From Wolbachia endosymbiont of Cimex lectularius (GTDB lineage: Bacteria; Pseudomonadota; Alphaproteobacteria; Rickettsiales; Anaplasmataceae): a stretch of 32,000 nucleotides of DNA. The position numbers were made by a program, and so were the translations under genes. Below, piece by piece: positions 19,313-26,503 of this stretch (position 1 is its first letter; each line of letters starts with the position of its first letter). The stretch spans positions 1,200,001 to 1,232,000 of the forward strand of contig NZ_AP013028.1 in NCBI RefSeq assembly GCF_000829315.1, in the 5' to 3' direction. The notes beneath the pieces were generated by a model. It did no database searches and had not been told where the DNA came from. It saw nothing but the letters and a program-made list of their open reading frames with translations.

Positions 19313-22300
19313 ATGAATATGAAGTCAAAGCATTATCCTGATACAACGAGTAGTTCTGATTTTTCGTCGTTAGAAAAGGAAATCATAAAATTTTGGCAGG
19401 AAAGCAAAATTTTTGAGCGGTCAGTTGAGGAACGTTCCAAGGACAATTGTTTTGTCTTTTACGATGGACCTCCATTTGCAAATGGACTGCCACATTATGG
19501 GCATTTACTCACTGGTTTCATCAAAGACGCATTTGCAAGATATCAAACCATACTACAAAAAAGAGTTGAACGTAGATTTGGTTGGGATTGCCATGGACTG
19601 CCGGCTGAGATGGGTGCGGAAAAGGAACTTGGAATATCCGGCAGAACTGAGATAGAAAAATTCGGTATTGAAAAGTTCAATAACCATTGTCGTACTTCTG
19701 TGATGAAATTTTCATCAGAATGGGAAAAGTATGTAAATAGGCAGGCAAGGTGGGTAGATTTTCATAATGACTACAAAACCATGGATAAGTCATTCATGGA
19801 GTCAGTTATGTGGGCATTTAAGCAGCTTTATAATAAGGGTCTAGTGTATGAATCGGTGCGCGTTGTTCCCTATAGCTGGGCATGTGAAACTCCATTGTCC
19901 AATTTTGAAACAAGGCTTGATAATGCATATAAAGAAAAGACTAGCAAAGCTGTAACTGTTGCATTTGAGCTTTTAGAAAACCCGCAGCAGTTTAAACAAA
20001 AATGTAAGTTACTCGCTTGGACTACAACTCCTTGGACGTTGCCAAGCAACTTGGCACTGGCAATAGGGAAAGACATTGAGTATTGTGCAGTGTCAGTTCA
20101 CTCCTTGGTGTCATTCCAGTGCGTGACGCTGGAATCTAGAGAGAAAGAAACCTGGATCCCAGTGTCAAGCACTGGGATGACAGAGAAGAGCGCTAAAATA
20201 ACATCAGACCAACCTAATGAAATCTACATCTTCGCTGAAAGCTACCTGGAGAAGTTTATCAGCCACCTCGAACAAAACAATATTCCATATGAAAAATGCA
20301 ATATAAAACTCAAAGCAGATGATCTTGTAGGTCTTTCTTATAAGCCACTGTTTGATTACTTTAAAGATACAAAAAATGCTTTCCGCGTTTTCATAGCAGA
20401 TTATGTCACAGCAGAAGATGGTACTGGAGTTGTGCACACTGCTCCTGGATTTGGTGAAGAAGATTTTTATCTTTGCCAAAGCCATAATATTCCAGCCATT
20501 TGTCCAATTGATAACGGTGGAAAGTTTACTGCTGAAGTTTCAGATTTAGCTGGAGTTCATGTTTTTGATACTAACGATACAGTAATAAAGAAGCTGAAAG
20601 AACAAGGAAATTGGTTCAAAACTGAGCAATATATTCACAATTATCCACACTGCTGGAGAACTGATACTCCTTTAATCTATCGCACTATGCCTTCTTGGTA
20701 TGTTACTGTGACAAAATTCAAAAGCAGAATGGTAGAGCTAAATAAGAAAGTTAATTGGATTCCAAGTCATATAAGAGATGGTCAGTTTGGAAAATGGCTC
20801 GAAGGAGCACATGATTGGTCAATTTCACGTAATCGATTCTGGGGTACACCGATTCCCGTATGGAAGTCAGACGATGCAAGATATCCAAGGGTAGATGTGT
20901 ATGGTTCGATAGCGGAACTAGAGCGAGATTTTAATGTTAAAGTGGATGATTTGCACAGACCATTTATTGACACTTTAACAAGGCCAAATCCTGATGACCC
21001 AACAGGAAAATCAGTTATGCGTCGTGTGCCTGACGTATTTGACTGCTGGTTTGAATCTGGCTCAATGCCATTTGCACAAGTCCACTATCCGTTTGAAAAT
21101 AAAGAATGGTTTGAGAGTAATTTCCCGGCGGATTTTATCACCGAATATATAGCGCAAACTAGGGGATGGTTCTATACGCTTTTTGTGCTTTCGACTGCTT
21201 TATTTGACAGTGAACCATTTAAGAACTGCATATGCCACGGTGTTGTTCTCGATGTGAAAGGGCAGAAATTATCCAAGCGTTTGAATAATTATGCGGACCC
21301 AATGGAAGTGTTTGATAAATACGGTTCTGATGCACTACGTTTTCTTATGCTTTCTGGATCTATTGTTTGTGGTGGTAATTTGCTACTTGATAAAGAAGGA
21401 AACTCAATACGAGATGTTCTGAGAAACGTAATAAAGCCTATTTGGAACAGTTATCACTTTTTTACCATGTATGCAAATGCAGATGGAATTAAAGCTGAAG
21501 TTTGTAAGGATTACCAAAGCACTATTGATCGTTACATGATCTCCAAATGTTTTGAAGCTGTAGAAGGTATCCAAGCTTCTATGAACAACTACAATTCCCA
21601 AGAGGCTTGCAAAATTCTGATAGATTTTTTTGAAGTGTTAAATAATTGGTATATTCGTCGCAGTCGTGAGCGTTTTTGGAAAAGTGATTTAGATCAGGAT
21701 AAGACTGACGCTTATAATGTTCTATATAAGGTTTTTTATTACATACTTCGGGCTGCAGCTCCTTTATTGCCGCTTACAACGGAAACTATATGGCAGGGGC
21801 TCAAATATCAAGAAACATCTGTTCATTTGGCTGATTTTCCACAATTAGAAAAGTTTAATAGCGAGCTCATTGCTAAGATGGATTTAGTGAGAGAGATATG
21901 CAACTCTGCACTCTCTATTAGAAACACCTTTAATATACGTATCAGACAGCCACTTGGCAGTATGATCATTTATCACAAGTCTTCCTGTAGTTTTCTTGAA
22001 GGTGAACCGCTTTCTGTTATCCCAGAGTTCTCTCCTATCATCCCAGGGTTCCCCCCTGTCATCCCAGTGCGTGACACTGGGATCCAGTGTGCTGCAGACT
22101 CAAATGAATACCAAGAGATGATAAAAGATGAGGTGAATGTAAAAAGCTTGGAATTAGTAAATAGACTTGAAGGTATTGCATCACTAGAGTTAAAACTAAA
22201 TTTCCCACTACTTGGAAAGAAGGTTCCAGACAAAATCAAGAAACTAGTTCAATATGTCAAGGAGGAAAAATGGAGACAAGTTGGAAATGAGCGGATATTT

Positions 22301-22696
22301 CTAGGAGATGAATCAGAGAACTATATTATAGAAAAAGGTGAGTATGAACTATTATTAAAAGCAAACAGTAAATATTCCTCTGCGTTTGATAATAACAAAG
22401 GAGTTGTTATCCTAAACACTGAACTAAATGATGAATTAATTCTAGAAGGGCTCGCGAGAGATGTCGTGAGGCTCATCCAGGAAACTAGAAAACAAGCTGA
22501 TTTTCATATATCCGATAGAATCAGAGTAGTAATCAAAACAGAGGATGAGAAAATTAAAGAAACGGTGAATATGTGGAGTGAGTATATAAAAGAACAGACT
22601 CTTGCCTTATCTTTAGAAATTAATGTAGAAATTGAAACCAGCTTCTATTCCAAGGAATACCAAGATTTGATTGTTGGTATTAAGTTAGATTGTTAG
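19313..22696 (+). CDS. ileS: isoleucine--tRNA ligase, type 2 (eukaryote-like) form, carrying two palindromic-repeat insertions
   Basis: FYDGPPFANGLPHYGHLL (HIGH region) and KLSKR (KMSKS). 1127 aa. Confidence 0.95.
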   Translation: MNMKSKHYPDTTSSSDFSSLEKEIIKFWQESKIFERSVEERSKDNCFVFYDGPPFANGLPHYGHLLTGFIKDAFARYQTILQKRVERRFGWDCHGLPAEMGAEKELGISGRTEIEKFGIEKFNNHCRTSVMKFSSEWEKYVNRQARWVDFHNDYKTMDKSFMESVMWAFKQLYNKGLVYESVRVVPYSWACETPLSNFETRLDNAYKEKTSKAVTVAFELLENPQQFKQKCKLLAWTTTPWTLPSNLALAIGKDIEYCAVSVHSLVSFQCVTLESREKETWIPVSSTGMTEKSAKITSDQPNEIYIFAESYLEKFISHLEQNNIPYEKCNIKLKADDLVGLSYKPLFDYFKDTKNAFRVFIADYVTAEDGTGVVHTAPGFGEEDFYLCQSHNIPAICPIDNGGKFTAEVSDLAGVHVFDTNDTVIKKLKEQGNWFKTEQYIHNYPHCWRTDTPLIYRTMPSWYVTVTKFKSRMVELNKKVNWIPSHIRDGQFGKWLEGAHDWSISRNRFWGTPIPVWKSDDARYPRVDVYGSIAELERDFNVKVDDLHRPFIDTLTRPNPDDPTGKSVMRRVPDVFDCWFESGSMPFAQVHYPFENKEWFESNFPADFITEYIAQTRGWFYTLFVLSTALFDSEPFKNCICHGVVLDVKGQKLSKRLNNYADPMEVFDKYGSDALRFLMLSGSIVCGGNLLLDKEGNSIRDVLRNVIKPIWNSYHFFTMYANADGIKAEVCKDYQSTIDRYMISKCFEAVEGIQASMNNYNSQEACKILIDFFEVLNNWYIRRSRERFWKSDLDQDKTDAYNVLYKVFYYILRAAAPLLPLTTETIWQGLKYQETSVHLADFPQLEKFNSELIAKMDLVREICNSALSIRNTFNIRIRQPLGSMIIYHKSSCSFLEGEPLSVIPEFSPIIPGFPPVIPVRDTGIQCAADSNEYQEMIKDEVNVKSLELVNRLEGIASLELKLNFPLLGKKVPDKIKKLVQYVKEEKWRQVGNERIFLGDESENYIIEKGEYELLLKANSKYSSAFDNNKGVVILNTELNDELILEGLARDVVRLIQETRKQADFHISDRIRVVIKTEDEKIKETVNMWSEYIKEQTLALSLEINVEIETSFYSKEYQDLIVGIKLDC
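20107..20183. repeat. palindromic repeat element inserted in frame in ileS (insertion 1)
   Basis: ggtgtcattccagtgcgtgacgctggaatctag...cctggatcccagtgtcaagcactgggatgacag, translated as SFQCVTLESREKETWIPVSSTGMT. Hairpins at 20114-20134 and 20156-20178. Boundaries are approximate. Confidence 0.75.
22015..22095. repeat. palindromic repeat element inserted in frame in ileS (insertion 2)
   Basis: Three atcccag half-sites followed by the perfect hairpin atcccagtg-cgtga-cactgggat (22061-22083), translated as LSVIPEFSPIIPGFPPVIPVRDTGIQCAA. Boundaries are approximate. Confidence 0.75.
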
Positions 22697-22754
22697 TAGT
22701 TGCAAATTGTTAGTATTTATGCTATATTTTAGGTAATTGGGGTAAGGTTATGGT

Positions 22755-23138
22755 ATGAATGCTGTTGTAGATCCTGGTGGAGTTATTGGCTTAACTAATG
22801 GTGGTTTAGGTAAAAAAGAACCTGTTGCTGTTTCCAGTTCGGTGAAAGAGGGGAAATTTTTTGGTGGTATGACTTCTGGTTTTAACGTTCCACTGAGTAT
22901 ATCTCGTTATAAAGGTTATGACTCTGACTTTTTTACTTCCTGGTATAATATACTAAGAGAAATATTTGAAGAGATAAAGGGAATGTGCCCGGAAAAACGG
23001 GTGTTAAATTTAGCTCTGTCAGTTTTAATGCTTCCTTATATTGCTTCTGTTTCATTGGGATTAGTAGTATATAACAGATCTAAAGCAGACGGTAAAATAC
23101 AAACCAGTCCGGAGGGAAATGAAACAAAAAAAAAGTGA
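22755..23138 (+). CDS. hypothetical protein with one C-terminal TM helix (orphan)
   Basis: 127-aa ORF 58 nt after ileS. TM segment VLNLALSVLMLPYIASVSLGLVV. I recognise no family. Confidence 0.4.
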   Translation: MNAVVDPGGVIGLTNGGLGKKEPVAVSSSVKEGKFFGGMTSGFNVPLSISRYKGYDSDFFTSWYNILREIFEEIKGMCPEKRVLNLALSVLMLPYIASVSLGLVVYNRSKADGKIQTSPEGNETKKK

Positions 23139-23143
23139 GGTAA

Positions 23144-23328
23144 GTGAAAGTACAGCAAAAAGATTGGCATATAGTGTTCTTGCTAGCAATAGCGATTCTT
23201 GTTAATATAGTTGTGCTTGTCACCTTAATTATTCCTGCAACACTAGCTTTGGCTACTTTTTATCTTTCGAATAAGAAGTTATCTCATTCTTTGATTGCTA
23301 CTGTTAAAATAGGTAGTGGGTTGTATAA
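23144..23328 (+). pseudogene. small membrane protein gene truncated by IS copy 3
   Basis: GTG start 5 nt after the preceding stop. TM helix HIVFLLAIAILVNIVVLVTLIIPATLALATFYL. The last 10 codons of the track ORF (23144-23356) are IS sequence. Confidence 0.4.
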
Positions 23329-24187
23329 GAACCTGTTTAAAATCTTGGAAATGTGAGGTAAAGTAAGCATAGATTAATAATGAGGTGTCTATGCAGAAAA
23401 GTTATCCAAGTAATATAAGTCAAGAGCAGTTTGAAAAAATCAGGCCAATTTTGGAGAGTAGCAAGCAGAAAACAAAACCAAGAAAACTTGATTTGTATGA
23501 CGTATTTTGTGGGGTGTTGTACGTCTTAAAAAGTGGTTGTCAGTGGAGGATGTTACCAAAGGGTTTTCCAAGATGGGAAAGCGTATATTACTATTTTCGA
23601 GTGTGGAGTAAAAAGAGTGGAGAAGAGCCAAGCTTGTTGGAATTAGTCTTAAAAAAAATTAGTTGGAGAGGTCCGTATCAGCAATGGTCGGAAAGAGAAA
23701 ACTAGCTTTTGTATAATTGATTCTCAAAGCGTTAAAAACGCAGATACTGCTGAAAAAAAAGGCTATGATGCAGGTAAAAAGATTTCAGGGATAAAGCGCC
23801 ATATTGCAGTTGATACACAAGGTTTGCCACATGCAATTTATGTAACAACGGCAGAAGCAACTGACCGTAGCAGTGCTGTGAAAATGGTCGAAAATGCTAA
23901 AGCAAACCTCTCTGAAGTTAAAAACATACTGGTTGATGCTGGCTACACAGGAGAAAATTTTGCAACACAAATAAAAGCTATCATTGGTGCGACTGTTGAA
24001 GTAATAAAGCGAAGTGAGTTACACACTTTCGTTGTATTGCCAAAAAGATGGGTTGTTGAACGCTCTTTTGCCTGGTTAGAAAAGTGCAGGCGATTGTGGA
24101 AAAATTGCGAGCGGAAGCTCAACACTAGCTTACAGATGATAGTCCTCTCCTTCATTTCTCTCTGTTACGAAGATTTTAAACAGGTTC
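23329..24187 (+). mobile_element. IS5-family insertion sequence (ISWpi1-like), copy 3, 859 bp
   Basis: Same inverted repeats as the other copies. TAA at 23326-23328 and at 24188-24190. It has a 1-bp deletion relative to copy 2 in tctctcctgttacg (tctctctgttacg at 24157-24169). Confidence 0.95.
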
Positions 24188-24276
24188 TAAGACGTACAAC
24201 ACCCCACAAAATACGTCATACAAATCAAGTTTTCTTGGTTTTGTTTTCTGCTTGCTACTCTCCAAAATTGGCCTGA
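23391..24276 (+). CDS. IS5-family DDE transposase, copy 3 (same A8 recoding site at 23651-23658; C-terminus altered by a 1-bp deletion and reading through into the adjacent IS fragment)
   Basis: orfA is identical to copy 2. orfB ends SFISLCYEDFKQVLRR... instead of SFISLLLRRF-stop. Confidence 0.75.
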
Positions 24277-24387
24277 TTTTTTCAAACTGCTCTTGACTTA
24301 TATTACTTGGATAACTTTTCTGCATAGACACCTCATTATTAATCTATGCTTACTTTACCTCACATTTTCAAGATTTTAAACAGGTTC
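24188..24387 (-). mobile_element. 200-bp 5'-terminal fragment of a fourth IS copy, inverted, abutting copy 3
   Basis: It is the reverse complement of IS positions 1-200 (IRL to the TTA at IS 198-200), with one mismatch in the IR (cacattttcaag versus cacatttccaag). Confidence 0.9.
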
Positions 24388-24389
24388 TT

Positions 24390-26500
24390 AGAGATTTGTG
24401 CGAAGATAAAAATGATAAACTATTTGTTACACAAGATGCAGGGCACAATACCATACTAAAACTATCAGCTAATATCCATTTAAAAATGGTATTGTACCTT
24501 TGCGTGATGAGATCAGGGGTATGCTTACAACTTCGATTCAAGGATTCACAGAAGCTATGGGAGAACTGTTGAAGTTAGACAAAAAAGATATTACATATGA
24601 CAAACTGAAGGAATTGTTGAACGAGTTCAGACTGAAAGCGGTGGACAGTGTAGATTCTAAATTGACAAGTCACTTAATACAAGATGCTTACAGAGTTGCC
24701 TTTATACAAGCAATCAAAATTGCATAGCAAAGAAGAAAAGAAGGTTTTTCATTAGAAGAAAGACTGAAAGAAGTATTAGTAGAACAAGAATTAAAAAGCC
24801 AAGGTAAGAAATTGCCAACTGAAAAAGAGATTATAATAGAAGATTCAAAAAAAGCAGGAGAAGAAGTACCAGATACCTTAAAGGATAGTAATCTTCCTAT
24901 GCTTAAAGTACAATGGAAACAGCTTATAACAGAAGGCAAAATAGCTAAAAGGACAGTAATTAATGTTTGTAAGGATGTGTATCCTACAGAAACAAAGAAA
25001 GCTCTAAATAATGCTGAACAGGAGATTGAACGTTTAAGAAAAGTAAGTCGAGAGATGTGTAAAAAATTAGAAGAAGCACATAATAGAGGAAACGATAACT
25101 TAAGAGATGGCGCTTTAAAAGGGAAATTAGAAGATCTTTTTAAATTTGAAGGTAGTGATCAAGAGGTTGAGAGAAGGCTAATAAGATCGGTAATAAAAAG
25201 AGCTAAAAGTGAATTGAGACAATTGAGTATACTTGATAAAGAAGAGCCGGGCTTAGTGAGACGATTAACACAATCTATGTGGGGTACATCAAGTCAGGAT
25301 AAGGAGGAGCAGAGTCTAATGAAACGGCTTGAAGATTTAGAAAAAGAGGTAGAGGTTCTTTCGAGTGAGGAAGCTTCAAATAAAGTGAATGATTTTGTAG
25401 AAAGAATGTATTTAGAAATAAAACAGCATAAAGTGCAAGGGTTGCTTCAAGAACAAAAAGAGGGTGTCTTATATTCATGCAAGGTATTGAAAAGGTATGA
25501 ATCGGATCTAGCAGAAACTGTAGAGACTTTTCGCAAGCAAGATCTGAGATATTTAGAGGAATCTACATTTGAACAAACACTGAAAGATCAGAATGAGCGT
25601 TTAAAAGCTAAACTAAATGACAGGCAAAAGGGGCACCCGAGCATAGAGTCGATAAGAGAGCTCTTAAAAAATAACCAACAAATCCTAGAAACATTAGAAC
25701 AATTGGAGTTGAAAAAAGAGGGATTATTGATAAATGAAAAAACAGAATATGATTACAAAGAAGAACTAACGTCTCGTGAAAAGATAAAATTTGCAATCAT
25801 AGAAGATAAGCTGTTAGAAATAATAAAGTCTTCTAGTAAAGACAAACTGTTAAAGATAATAGAAAAAGCTTTTTATAAGAGTGAACTGTTGGAAATAAAA
25901 GAGACTTCTAAAGATAAGCCGTTGGAAATAATAAGACAGGTAGCAATCAAGAGGTTATTAGAAAAAGCAGAACTTGAATATTGCTTAGCAGAGAAATGTA
26001 TCAAATATCCCGTGATTGAAACGAAAAATAATATCAAACACTTTTGTCAGGCTTTATTGTCTCCTTTGATAGGCAATTTGGTAGAGAAGATAATAAATCA
26101 TATACCAAAGGATAATAAGAGTAGTGCGTGGAATCTGACAAATTTATATAAACGTGCTTGTATCGCTGTTAATTATAATACACTTGGATTGTCAGCTATT
26201 GGAGGCGAAAATAGTACAGAAGGAAAGGCGTTAAAAGTGGCACACGACACTTATGAAGAAGTAAAGGAATTTCTTCAATATTTCGAGTCAAGTTATGAGG
26301 AAGTGGGTGGCTTGATAGGTAATGTGTTTTCCGATGACGGCGAAACATTTAAAAAGGATATATGGCCTAAAATAAAAGACCATTTGTGTGAAATGTGGGA
26401 TAGATTTTTTAAGGATATTGAATTTACATTGATTAGCAAAGATGAATCAAAAAATGTTAGCAAGGAACTAGATGAGGTAAGCATAATGCAGCCACAGTAG
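24390..26500 (+). pseudogene. 5'-truncated, degraded gene for a Lys/Glu-rich coiled-coil protein (orphan, effector-like)
   Basis: The frame is open from the IS boundary (RDLCEDKNDKLFVTQDAGHNTILKLSANIHLK). A frame change is needed in 24473-24575; an A5 run sits at 24482-24486. The track ORF 24500-24727 follows, then an in-frame TAG (24725-24727), and the same frame continues into the 562-aa ORF. Confidence 0.55.
24812..26500 (+). CDS. largest intact ORF of the coiled-coil gene (562 aa; TTG start is only the track's choice)
   Basis: Highly charged, with heptad-like stretches and an internal repeat: DKLLEIIKSSSKDKLLKIIEKAFYKSELLEIKETSKDKPLEIIRQ. Confidence 0.5.
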   Translation: MPTEKEIIIEDSKKAGEEVPDTLKDSNLPMLKVQWKQLITEGKIAKRTVINVCKDVYPTETKKALNNAEQEIERLRKVSREMCKKLEEAHNRGNDNLRDGALKGKLEDLFKFEGSDQEVERRLIRSVIKRAKSELRQLSILDKEEPGLVRRLTQSMWGTSSQDKEEQSLMKRLEDLEKEVEVLSSEEASNKVNDFVERMYLEIKQHKVQGLLQEQKEGVLYSCKVLKRYESDLAETVETFRKQDLRYLEESTFEQTLKDQNERLKAKLNDRQKGHPSIESIRELLKNNQQILETLEQLELKKEGLLINEKTEYDYKEELTSREKIKFAIIEDKLLEIIKSSSKDKLLKIIEKAFYKSELLEIKETSKDKPLEIIRQVAIKRLLEKAELEYCLAEKCIKYPVIETKNNIKHFCQALLSPLIGNLVEKIINHIPKDNKSSAWNLTNLYKRACIAVNYNTLGLSAIGGENSTEGKALKVAHDTYEEVKEFLQYFESSYEEVGGLIGNVFSDDGETFKKDIWPKIKDHLCEMWDRFFKDIEFTLISKDESKNVSKELDEVSIMQPQ

Positions 26501-26503
26501 GTT

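Noticed and set aside
24812-24840. N-terminal MPTEKE… resembling the MPTQKE start I recall for CidA-type CI factors
   Set aside because: The M is a TTG chosen by the ORF track inside a longer open frame. I see no similarity beyond those few residues, so I treat it as coincidence.
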